A DNA stretch of 64,000 nucleotides from a virus, in the IMG/VR virus record IMGVR_UViG_3300024581_003792, positions 127,006 through 191,005 of that record; one strand, given 5' to 3'. The translations under genes and the position numbers were made by a program. The notes under the pieces are model-generated. The model did not search any database and was not told where the DNA came from. It saw only the letters and a program-made list of their open reading frames with translations. Of the stretch, positions 18,813 to 28,249 are shown piece by piece. How positions within the stretch are numbered: position 1 is the stretch's first letter; each line of letters begins with the position of its first letter.

Positions 18813-21800
18813 ATGGCCGATAGAAAAATTTCAGAATTTCAAACATTTAGTGGTACACAAGACGGAGAAACTTATTATATAATAGCCAGTGGAGACCCAA
18901 GCAATAGCAGGGCTGAAAACTACAAGATATCTTTTACTGGTCTCGCAGACGACGTATTCAAGACTTATCCAGAATATATAAGTGGGGCGACTGGGGCTTT
19001 TTCTGACTCGTTAACAATCAGCGGGCTTTCAGTTCTTACGGGATTTGACATTGGTGGAGGGACCTCGATTATTGCTGGCACCACAGAAGAAATATCATTT
19101 GGAGGGACAGATCCTAGTGATACTCGTGAAGTTGCCTTCCAGCAAGCTGGTGAAACTAAACTAGCTATTAACGAAGATGGAGATATTGAAATATCACAAT
19201 CTTTAAATGTTTCAGAGTCTGCTACTATTGAAGGCGGATTGACAGTACAAGAGGGCTCAACAACTACCTTGAATGGCCCGACCAAAATCAACGATACACT
19301 AACCGTCGATGAAGGAGTAGGAACATTATTAGGAGGATCCTTGACGGTCTCGGATATTACTAGAATCGACGGTGCTACAACAATTAATAACACATTAACA
19401 GTTGAAGACGGATCAAGCACGACTCTTGGCGGTACACTTACAGTCAAAGATGGAGCAACTTTAAGTAAAACATTAAGTGTTGCTGGTGCGACTACCCTCA
19501 AGAGCACTTTGACGGTTGAGGACGGAAATAAAACAACTCTTGGTGGAGAGCTTGCCGTTAAAGAAAAAGGGGTTTTTGCAAAAGGTGTTGATATTGGAGG
19601 AGAATTGACCGTTGGTGGTACAACCTTAACAGATCTTTTGGCAGGAGTAAGTATTGATTCGCTAGGGGATATAGAAGATGTTACTCTCACAAGCATAACT
19701 GCTGATGATATTTTGCAATGGGATGGTTCTAAATGGGTAAATGTAGATGTCCTTGGAGATATTACCACGGCTCTTGCTGGAAAAGCTAACTCAAGCCACA
19801 CTCATGCGATATCTGATATTACGGGTCTAAGCGCACAATTGGCTGACAAAGCTAACTCAAGCCATAGTTTATCTTCTCATTCAGATGTTAGCGCAACAGC
19901 TCCTAGTAATGGTCAAGTTTTAAAATGGGATGGGAGCGAATGGGCTCCTGCCGCAGATGATGCAGGTTTATCTTCTGTAGATTGGAGTCAAGTCGGTAAC
20001 AAGCCTACTACTTTTGCTCCCTCAACCCACACTCATGCGATATCTGATATTACGGATCTAAGCACACAATTGGCTGACAAAGCTAACTCAAGCCATACTC
20101 ATACGATATCTGATATTACGGATCTAAGCACACAATTGGCTGACAAAGCTAACTCAAGCCACACTCATGCGATATCTGATATTACGGATCTAAGCACACA
20201 ATTGGCCGCCAAAGCTAACTCAAGCCACACTCATACTTGGGGCGATATTTCAGGCGGAGATTTTAATTCTTTAACCAATTTCGACACAACCACAAAATTT
20301 GACATCTCTGATTATCTTGCGGTTTCTGATTCGGGTGGAAACAATGTAAGAAAGATTACCGTAGAAGACTTAATACAACTCCATAACGCCGAAAAAACTA
20401 AAGAACAGCTTGACGCGAGTGATACTGACGAGGCAACGCTACTTGACCCTACTGAAACTATTGAAGTTGATCCTGACGAAGGAGGAGGAGTGCAGGTAGA
20501 ATTTGATGCTGTAGAAGGTCGATGCGTTTTAGCTAATGATCCGCCCCTTACATTGAGTAATTTCAAACAATTAATCGATCCATTTGGCGGCTTAAAATTG
20601 AACCCTACATATGGCACACCTGATGGAAATGGTTGCAGATCCTATAGTTATACTATTTCTGTTGACGATAGTGGCTCGGAGGCTACAGAATACACCCTGC
20701 TTTTAGGAAAGCATGATGATATAGATATCAAAGGGTCATCGACACCTGTTGATGTTCGTGGTCATAGTTTACACGGAAGAGATCCTACTGATAACGATGG
20801 AGGACTTGGTACTGAAGGAAAAGTTTTTGATAACAGCGCCACCACCACTTCATTTGTTACCAATCTTGTATCTGCTGAGAATGATATCTACAAAGATAGA
20901 CCTTTAGAAATCAATGGGCAAGTACGCACTATATCTTCTTACAATGGAACCACAAAGGTCGTAACATTAAGCAGTGCACTAAGCAGTGCTCCATCTAACG
21001 ATACTGCTTTTACGATAAAAAACACAATGAGTTATCATGGATTATTAGATCCTAATGTTGATACTAATTTTATTTTTATGGGTTATAATCCAACAAATGA
21101 TACTGGCCTTGGTAAAAACATTACTAGTTTTGATGACAATAGTTGGAAAAGTAGCACTAATGTATATGTTGATAATGGATATGTTAGACGAGACACAATC
21201 AAGGCTAAAGAGTTTTTTGAATATAGTCCAACACCCGTAAAAAGAAGGTCTGATGATGGAGAGTTTGCTCCATGGATGGTTGCTCAAGCACACAACAGCG
21301 CAACGGCTTACAAAAGATTAAGTTTAGTAACTAGTGGTGGAGTATGGTATCTAGCAACTAGATATGTTCCTGCTAACACATCTATTACAAATACAATTTA
21401 CTGGGAAGTAAGAGATGGAAATCGGCCTTGGGATTTTAATAGGATAGTAAAACATGGCAGTGATTACTATATTGCAAAAAATCCTGGCGGTGCATCAACG
21501 GATCGCACGAATACCACTGATTGGCACAAACTGACTACAGCACAATTAAATAATCCAGTTTTAGATGTGCCTTGTAACAATAGGGCTGAAGCTAATTTTT
21601 ATAATAGACATAACGGTAATTTTGCTTTTAGATCTAGCCCAGATTCCAATGTTGTCGCACAACCTTTTATTAGCTGGCAAGGTATTCGTAATTACATCAA
21701 TACTTTCCTTCAGGGCGCCAGTAAAATAACGGTGCTTGTACGAGACCCAAACTTACCAACTGACTATGTTGCCGATTATAGCCTTGTTGATCAAAAAAAT

Positions 21801-23162
21801 GGCGGGGGGGCTATGATGATACATGCCGGCGCTCATATCTCAAACCCTTCATGTGTTTTTAGTTTTTGTAGTCCAATTATTAAAAAACCAAGAAAATATA
21901 AAGTCGATCTTTCTGCAATGACATCAAGAGGAACTCAAACACCGGGATATGGTCCTGGTAATTTCCATATCTTTTTTTGGTTTACAGGTCCAGGTCACAG
22001 ATATACTTCACTATCGAATGTATATTTTAAAATTTATGGTCAAAATGAGGGAGCAAGCGACGGAAATGGTAGTTTTAATTTTATGCGTGTTGACACCTCT
22101 TCCGGAGGCGATATTAGCGGAGTAACTTATGATTTAGCAAATGCTGCAACTTCCACTTCTAATCATTTTACAGCTCTTACCCTTTACGGCGGCGATACAT
22201 CGATGTGGAATTTGAACAATAATAGTGCATTAACTGCATACAGAACGCTTGGTCCTGATGGTACATTTTCATGGCAAAAAACTATGACTTTCACTACAGG
22301 CGCAGGAGCGAATGCAGGAACCACATCATCTTATGCATTATCAGAGCTGGATGGAGCATGTGGCTTTAGCGCAGAAGTTCATGGTAATCAATACATTAGA
22401 TTTAGATTTGTGGAGATAGTTAATGGTTCTAGAGGGTTCAGAATTTTCCACTGGAATACTGCAAATTTTTCACACTTTACATCGAATGGCTTTAGGTTTT
22501 CTCCAATAACCGCTAATTCTAGCACTCGATTGTTCGGGGATTTTGGCTCTTATGAGTTTGCTACTTTGGCTAGTAGTAGCGCAACACTATATCACTCAAA
22601 TCCAGCGGCGGTTTTATCTACGACATCTCAAGTGCTAGATAAATTTGGTGATGGTAATAAATATTTTATTTGGGCTCAAGATAGTAAAACCTGGGAATAT
22701 GCGGCAGTGATGTCGGGGCCCGATACTACTCCAAATATTTACAACAATAATATAAATAGTATGTCAGCAACAAATAAAGCTTATTGGCCAGCTGCTCCCA
22801 AACGTACGGGCACAAGTTACGCAACATTCACAACAGATTCTACTTTATACAAAGACCCAGTCAACACAACAAGCACTACCTTAACCACTTATTTTACGGG
22901 TGCACCGATGTTAACCAATCAAACATTAATAAATCTTTCGAGAAAGAGTTTTGGATTAGGCGAGGGATTATGCTTAGGTCTAGGTTTCGGTGCTTCTGCC
23001 GGTAAACTGAATAATATAGTTAGTGGAACCTCAATAGTGCCAAATATAGACAGTAGCTTTGCAGACAATACCGCAATTATAGCTCAATCGTTATCAGACA
23101 ACATAGTTATTCAGACAAATAATGTAACCACATTGTCAAGTAAATCTTATACTCCATCTTAA
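18813..23162 (+). CDS. Large tail fibre/virion protein
   Basis: N-terminal RKISE motif, TLTV..G..TTLGG repeats, HTHxISDITxL phage tail repeats, S/T/G/N-rich beta-rich C-terminal region. Confidence 0.75.
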   Translation: MADRKISEFQTFSGTQDGETYYIIASGDPSNSRAENYKISFTGLADDVFKTYPEYISGATGAFSDSLTISGLSVLTGFDIGGGTSIIAGTTEEISFGGTDPSDTREVAFQQAGETKLAINEDGDIEISQSLNVSESATIEGGLTVQEGSTTTLNGPTKINDTLTVDEGVGTLLGGSLTVSDITRIDGATTINNTLTVEDGSSTTLGGTLTVKDGATLSKTLSVAGATTLKSTLTVEDGNKTTLGGELAVKEKGVFAKGVDIGGELTVGGTTLTDLLAGVSIDSLGDIEDVTLTSITADDILQWDGSKWVNVDVLGDITTALAGKANSSHTHAISDITGLSAQLADKANSSHSLSSHSDVSATAPSNGQVLKWDGSEWAPAADDAGLSSVDWSQVGNKPTTFAPSTHTHAISDITDLSTQLADKANSSHTHTISDITDLSTQLADKANSSHTHAISDITDLSTQLAAKANSSHTHTWGDISGGDFNSLTNFDTTTKFDISDYLAVSDSGGNNVRKITVEDLIQLHNAEKTKEQLDASDTDEATLLDPTETIEVDPDEGGGVQVEFDAVEGRCVLANDPPLTLSNFKQLIDPFGGLKLNPTYGTPDGNGCRSYSYTISVDDSGSEATEYTLLLGKHDDIDIKGSSTPVDVRGHSLHGRDPTDNDGGLGTEGKVFDNSATTTSFVTNLVSAENDIYKDRPLEINGQVRTISSYNGTTKVVTLSSALSSAPSNDTAFTIKNTMSYHGLLDPNVDTNFIFMGYNPTNDTGLGKNITSFDDNSWKSSTNVYVDNGYVRRDTIKAKEFFEYSPTPVKRRSDDGEFAPWMVAQAHNSATAYKRLSLVTSGGVWYLATRYVPANTSITNTIYWEVRDGNRPWDFNRIVKHGSDYYIAKNPGGASTDRTNTTDWHKLTTAQLNNPVLDVPCNNRAEANFYNRHNGNFAFRSSPDSNVVAQPFISWQGIRNYINTFLQGASKITVLVRDPNLPTDYVADYSLVDQKNGGGAMMIHAGAHISNPSCVFSFCSPIIKKPRKYKVDLSAMTSRGTQTPGYGPGNFHIFFWFTGPGHRYTSLSNVYFKIYGQNEGASDGNGSFNFMRVDTSSGGDISGVTYDLANAATSTSNHFTALTLYGGDTSMWNLNNNSALTAYRTLGPDGTFSWQKTMTFTTGAGANAGTTSSYALSELDGACGFSAEVHGNQYIRFRFVEIVNGSRGFRIFHWNTANFSHFTSNGFRFSPITANSSTRLFGDFGSYEFATLASSSATLYHSNPAAVLSTTSQVLDKFGDGNKYFIWAQDSKTWEYAAVMSGPDTTPNIYNNNINSMSATNKAYWPAAPKRTGTSYATFTTDSTLYKDPVNTTSTTLTTYFTGAPMLTNQTLINLSRKSFGLGEGLCLGLGFGASAGKLNNIVSGTSIVPNIDSSFADNTAIIAQSLSDNIVIQTNNVTTLSSKSYTPS
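19797..20234 (+). repeat. 66-nt coding repeat (HTHAISDITDLSTQLADKANSS)
   Basis: Near-identical units at 20028, 20094, 20160, a partial unit at 20226 and a displaced copy at 19797. Confidence 0.9.
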
Positions 23163-23165
23163 GGT

Positions 23166-26063
23166 ATGGCGCAAAATAGAAAAATAACCGATCTACCTCT
23201 TATTGACCCAAGAGGTGACCTGAGGTTTGTTGTAGCTACAGATGCAAACAATTTTTCTGTATCTCTTGAAAGTATAAGTCAAGATATTCTATCTGAACTG
23301 CCACCCGATTTAGTCACCAAGCAAGACCTCATAAATAGTGGTCAATTTCTTCATAATTACATCGATGATGTTAATGCTGATCTAGGATCCAGCGGATCTT
23401 ATTTAAACTCTTATATTGATTCTCTTAGTGGTGCATTAAGTGCCACAGGTATCGCTTTAGAAAATGACATTAATAATTTATCGGGCAACCTTCTTGTTAC
23501 CGGTCAGTATTTATATGATGCCATTGAGATAGTTAGTGGAGATTTGCTCGCCAGCGGTACATTAATCAACCAAAGCTTTAATCTTGTCTATCAAGACATT
23601 GCATCCACCGGGGCTAGTCTTTCTGGAAGTCTGTCTGCTACCGGAGAAGCATTAAAGTCGCAACTCGATCTAGTTGTTGACGAGCAAGGTAATTTAAATA
23701 ATCAATTATTTGATTCTTTTAATTCTCAATTCGGTGGAACATATATATATTTTTCTGATTTAGAGAATAAACTTGGTCCAACAATAAAAACTTTTTACGA
23801 GACTCCTACTCAAGATATATTTTTATCAGGTGTAACTGTTGATTCCGCTCGTCGTTGCAAGGCTTATCTTCGTTGGGATGGTCCAGCAAACGAGTACATG
23901 GGAACAGGATACATCAATGGCCAACAGATACCTTTTCAAAATATACGCGAATTAGGCACACAAACTCGTCGATTTGAAGGCTTTATAGATAATTTAGATT
24001 TGCGAGGCAAGACAGAAATCACTGGTGCAGTTAATAATATAACGGGCTATATTAGCTTAAGAGAATTAGGTACTGGCCCCAGTGCTACATCCGTACAAAT
24101 AAACGATATTTTTTCAGCGACGCCAAAAGCTGGCACAGAACTAGGTAATGATGCATTAAAACAAGATGATGTTATTGATATACAAGTGACATACCCTAGC
24201 GGACTTTTTGATAGCCACGATACCTCTGTCAGTGGTATTCAGGTTATGGATGAAGGCATATCAAATGGCACAAATTTCGTATCATATACTCCTGCGGTTT
24301 TGGGAGACGGCTCACGTTTATATACGATACCTGTAAGTGTTTCTAATCGAGATGGAATTGATCAAGGTGTTAGTGTTAGAGCATTGAATAATTTTGGTTC
24401 AACTGGAATAGTTAATACATCTTCTAATTTCATTTCTTTGGATCAAACATATCCTGTTATTACAGCCGCTGATCCCGTATCTTATAATGGAAGATCCGAT
24501 GGATTGAGGCAAGGAGAGTCTACTACATTCACCAACAATATTTCTGACTTTGATCAGTTTGCCGATACTGTTAGTTATACTCCAGTATTAACTGATGGAT
24601 GTTTAGTAGATGTCAACAACCCCGACACTTTCGAGGCGACTAAAACTGTATCTTATGTGCAGGGAACATTTACTGACTCAGACAACATTGAAATCTATGC
24701 GGTGCGTAGTTCTAATGGTGCAAATGATACCGAATATGTTTCTGTAAAAGTAGCAAACGGTATGAGCGTTGAGTCTTCAGAAATTATCACTCCAGCCGTG
24801 TCAACAAATTCTCCAAATTTAATTGGCACTACTGATTTAAAAGGCGGAGATACTGTTAATGTTGAAGTCGAGATTGATGTTAAAGATGTTGCTGCGAACA
24901 CGATACAAATAAAAGTATTAAATTCTGGCATTTCAGACGGCAGTCAAACTTCTTTTTCTAGTTATAGTTTTGTTTTGGTAGCTGGAAATGTTTACAAATA
25001 TACGGTTCCAGTAAAAGTAACAAGCAGTAACTCAAGAAACGGCAGCCAATCAGTTGTTATTCAGGCAAGAAACAGCTTTGGGGTATTAAGTGCTGAATAC
25101 ACATCCGACAATACTGCTTCAGTAGACAATGTTGGGCCATCTATTTCGTTCAGTAGTATTACTTACCCAACTAATCAGCAAGCAATTAAGTCTGGCGAAT
25201 CGGCAACAGTTGCTCACAGTATTTCAAATTACGATTCTGTAGTTTATGACAGCCCAAATGGGCAGTTGACTATTAATAATACTTCTACGTTCGAAGCTAA
25301 TAAAGTTTGTGATTACAATTCAGGAGGGTATAACATATCGAGCGCCAACTTTAGGGCCACTGCTACAAAATCTACAAATGGAATAGTAGAATCTGATACT
25401 GAGGTTGTATTTATTGCCAACACACCAATGAGTTTAACAATCAGTGGATTAGCATCGAAATTAGTTAGTTCTAATAGCGGACAAAACTACAACTTTTCTT
25501 TAAATTCTGACCAAAAATATAACGCTTTCCCGACTCTCGCTGTTGACTCTAATCAAACAAATGCGTCTTCATTGACGCATACAAGTCAAAGCACCAATGG
25601 AACTAATTCTTTTCGGATAAATGTTAATGATTCGCATACCAAAGGTAGATTTAATTGGCAGGTTTCTGCATTTAATTTAGCGGGCATTGAAACAACTACA
25701 GTCAGTCCGTCAACATATAATATTGAAGGATTTAACTCAAGAGATATATTTGCTAGCCCTCAATCCTTATCTGCTGGGCTTGCTCCTATTGGTACATCAG
25801 TTACTAATCCAAATAATGTCGATTTAGAAAATACCAGTGAAGGTGGGGCGGGACCAAATGGTGGTACAATTTATACATACAAATCTATAGCAAATGGAAC
25901 ACAATTAGATTTTACTTTTGATTTTAACAATGAATTTACCGTTTGTGATTCTTCCGGCTTAACAGATAGCAATGGTGATCACATATTTAATCTAGACGCA
26001 CTCTCCAGAGCTGCTAATACAGACGTCAATAACCCTGCAAAATATATAGTTAGCGAGGATTGA
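23166..26063 (+). CDS. Virion structural protein (coiled coil plus Ig-like repeats)
   Basis: N-terminal RKITDLP motif, SG/TG helical repeats, three similar beta-sandwich-like segments ending D...P.I. Confidence 0.65.
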   Translation: MAQNRKITDLPLIDPRGDLRFVVATDANNFSVSLESISQDILSELPPDLVTKQDLINSGQFLHNYIDDVNADLGSSGSYLNSYIDSLSGALSATGIALENDINNLSGNLLVTGQYLYDAIEIVSGDLLASGTLINQSFNLVYQDIASTGASLSGSLSATGEALKSQLDLVVDEQGNLNNQLFDSFNSQFGGTYIYFSDLENKLGPTIKTFYETPTQDIFLSGVTVDSARRCKAYLRWDGPANEYMGTGYINGQQIPFQNIRELGTQTRRFEGFIDNLDLRGKTEITGAVNNITGYISLRELGTGPSATSVQINDIFSATPKAGTELGNDALKQDDVIDIQVTYPSGLFDSHDTSVSGIQVMDEGISNGTNFVSYTPAVLGDGSRLYTIPVSVSNRDGIDQGVSVRALNNFGSTGIVNTSSNFISLDQTYPVITAADPVSYNGRSDGLRQGESTTFTNNISDFDQFADTVSYTPVLTDGCLVDVNNPDTFEATKTVSYVQGTFTDSDNIEIYAVRSSNGANDTEYVSVKVANGMSVESSEIITPAVSTNSPNLIGTTDLKGGDTVNVEVEIDVKDVAANTIQIKVLNSGISDGSQTSFSSYSFVLVAGNVYKYTVPVKVTSSNSRNGSQSVVIQARNSFGVLSAEYTSDNTASVDNVGPSISFSSITYPTNQQAIKSGESATVAHSISNYDSVVYDSPNGQLTINNTSTFEANKVCDYNSGGYNISSANFRATATKSTNGIVESDTEVVFIANTPMSLTISGLASKLVSSNSGQNYNFSLNSDQKYNAFPTLAVDSNQTNASSLTHTSQSTNGTNSFRINVNDSHTKGRFNWQVSAFNLAGIETTTVSPSTYNIEGFNSRDIFASPQSLSAGLAPIGTSVTNPNNVDLENTSEGGAGPNGGTIYTYKSIANGTQLDFTFDFNNEFTVCDSSGLTDSNGDHIFNLDALSRAANTDVNNPAKYIVSED

Positions 26064-26064
26064 T

Positions 26065-27360
26065 ATGGGTGCTTTTGAAGATTTTGTAAACGCCAACTTA
26101 GGAATCAGGAAGCCCCTGATTTTTGATTTTGCCCCTCCAACTGGTGCAGGAAAAAGCTTAAAAGCTGCCGGTATTAGGGGGGCGCATTTCTTAGATTTAA
26201 ATACTAATTTTCTTTACGAAAAAACTGGTGAAAATAATAATATTGACTGGGTAAAGATTGCTAAACTCGGTGATTCCCGAGGAGAACCTGGCGGCGCAGA
26301 CACTAATGTACAATTTGTTAGCGGCGACAAACTAGCAGGCTCAGAATACTTGGTATATAACTACGAAACCAATCAGTTAAGTGGGGCAAGTGGACATTTT
26401 GATAATCTTTCAGTTCAAGACGGATTTGTTTCTAATGATTTGCATGTTTCTGGAGATCTTCACATAAGTGGCAAGACCTATGTTAACGAGATATTAGATT
26501 ATACAATAACTGGATCGATCAGTGGTTATAGTGGGTTCTATCATCATCTGTACTCTGATTTCATCACAGGAAATACCGGCCATTATAAAGACGAAATTAT
26601 TATCGGAGAAGGAGGTGCAGAAGATGGCGTAATCATAGATGGCGGAAGCATTATTGCTGGCGGTAATTTTGAAATGTCTGGCGATCTAGTTGTCAGCGGC
26701 AGAAATGTCATTCAGGGTATCGATGAAGTAAGCGGTTTCGCCAAGTCTGGCATTGATCGTTTGCAAGGAGGATTAGGGGAGGTCAGCGGTTTCGCAGAAT
26801 CGGGTATGAGCGGCCTGCGGGATGGTTTAAGTGGGGTCAGTGGTTTTGCAGAATCTGGAATTAGTGGTTTAAATGAAAACTTACTTTTTGTAAGCGGCGA
26901 ATCTTTGGCGAATTTTGTTGCCTTAGGAGATGATATAGATATCCTCGAGGACGATTTACTGATAGTCAGCGGTGAATCTCTCGCTAATACCGTTGCGCTC
27001 AGTGACGATATTACGATAGTTTCTGATGATGTTGTTGCCGTAAGTGGTCTTAGTACTGCAAATTTTGTAGCGTTGAGTGATGACGTCTCTTTAATTAACT
27101 CGAGTTTACCTTTTTTGTTTTCTCTAGAAATTCCTCAGAATATATCGTCGAGCGGTATTAAATTCTTGGACTTAGGAAATAATGTTAATTATATTATTCC
27201 TCCTCAAGTGCACGGAAACATGACATCTACTGGTTCAGTTGCATATATTTATGATTATTACATTCATGATATCACAACCACTGGATTTCATATTGATTTT
27301 AGCGATGTAATTTCAGAGAGCGGGCATTCTATTGATCTTGCAATCTTTAAAAAAGCATAA
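26065..27360 (+). CDS. Virion fibre-like protein with VSG repeats
   Basis: PGGADTNVQF collar-like motif; VSGFAESG and VSGESLAN periodic repeats. Confidence 0.6.
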   Translation: MGAFEDFVNANLGIRKPLIFDFAPPTGAGKSLKAAGIRGAHFLDLNTNFLYEKTGENNNIDWVKIAKLGDSRGEPGGADTNVQFVSGDKLAGSEYLVYNYETNQLSGASGHFDNLSVQDGFVSNDLHVSGDLHISGKTYVNEILDYTITGSISGYSGFYHHLYSDFITGNTGHYKDEIIIGEGGAEDGVIIDGGSIIAGGNFEMSGDLVVSGRNVIQGIDEVSGFAKSGIDRLQGGLGEVSGFAESGMSGLRDGLSGVSGFAESGISGLNENLLFVSGESLANFVALGDDIDILEDDLLIVSGESLANTVALSDDITIVSDDVVAVSGLSTANFVALSDDVSLINSSLPFLFSLEIPQNISSSGIKFLDLGNNVNYIIPPQVHGNMTSTGSVAYIYDYYIHDITTTGFHIDFSDVISESGHSIDLAIFKKA

Positions 27361-27365
27361 ACATC

Positions 27366-28226
27366 ATGGATAGAATATTTAAATATAATAAAATTAATAT
27401 AGGCGGTTCTCTTCTCTACACAGATGCTAATGGAAATTTTTTAATAGAAAATGATGCTGGAGAAATTATTTTTAATAGTAGCGCAAAAGTTTGGACACCA
27501 AATAGGTTCTTGGATTTAGCTTGTTGGTATGATGCGTCAGATATCGCTAGCATCACCGAATCATCCAATGTGATTTCTCAAATTAATGATAAATCAGGCA
27601 ACGGATTTCATTTAAATGTCATAACTGCGGGCAAGAATGGACCTAAAACAGGAATACAAACTCTAAATGGATTAAATGTTTTATCATGGGATTCAGTTGA
27701 TCAGATTCTTGAAAACGATTCTTTTTCATTTGATCAAAACTCTGAACCATTATATTTGTCAGCTATTTTTAGATGCGATCAAGATAACGCTCAGGATTTT
27801 ATTATCGCAGGAACAGAGGACACAGCGGCTGGACAAAGAATGGGTGTAAGAAGAATTTCTCCTAATGATTCACTACAAATACTTGGTGGCAGCGGTGGGG
27901 GTGCAAACATTGCACTCGGTTCAAGTGCTGACACTGCTCCAGAAGGTCAAGATATTTTACTTATTATAAAATTTAACTCAAATAATTCTTATATTAGTAT
28001 TGATGGAGACATAAAGGCTCAAGGAGATATTGGCACAAATTCTTTTTCTTCATTAAATATCGGCGGCAATGAATTAGAGTCAAGCAACATGAAGGGTTAT
28101 ATTGCTGAATTAATTCTCTCAAGAGGAGACTTTAAAGCTGCGGAAACAGAAGGTTACCTTGCCCATAAATGGGGACTAACCGCAAATTTACCTAATAATC
28201 ATATATACAAATATAAGAGGCCTTAA
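27366..28226 (+). CDS. LamG/concanavalin-like virion protein
   Basis: WYDASD..SQINDKSGNG, GYIAELI, EGYLAHKWGL. Confidence 0.7.
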   Translation: MDRIFKYNKINIGGSLLYTDANGNFLIENDAGEIIFNSSAKVWTPNRFLDLACWYDASDIASITESSNVISQINDKSGNGFHLNVITAGKNGPKTGIQTLNGLNVLSWDSVDQILENDSFSFDQNSEPLYLSAIFRCDQDNAQDFIIAGTEDTAAGQRMGVRRISPNDSLQILGGSGGGANIALGSSADTAPEGQDILLIIKFNSNNSYISIDGDIKAQGDIGTNSFSSLNIGGNELESSNMKGYIAELILSRGDFKAAETEGYLAHKWGLTANLPNNHIYKYKRP

Positions 28227-28231
28227 ATTAA

Positions 28232-28240
28232 GTGTAACAG
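28232..28240 (+). promoter_or_regulatory. GTGTA-class promoter motif
   Basis: GTG-TAACAG, ATG 10 nt downstream. Confidence 0.55.
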
Positions 28241-28249
28241 TATAAAGAG

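Noticed and set aside
18965-19801. 278-aa minus-strand ORF, and other antisense ORFs in the track
   Set aside because: Lies wholly opposite the repetitive Thr/Gly/Val-rich fibre gene; the translation is the expected antisense shadow with no motifs, promoter or coupling.
19797-20234. CRISPR array
   Set aside because: Repeats are contiguous, in-frame coding units with no unique spacers; no repeat-spacer array was seen anywhere, and the Cas4-like nuclease has no cas context.
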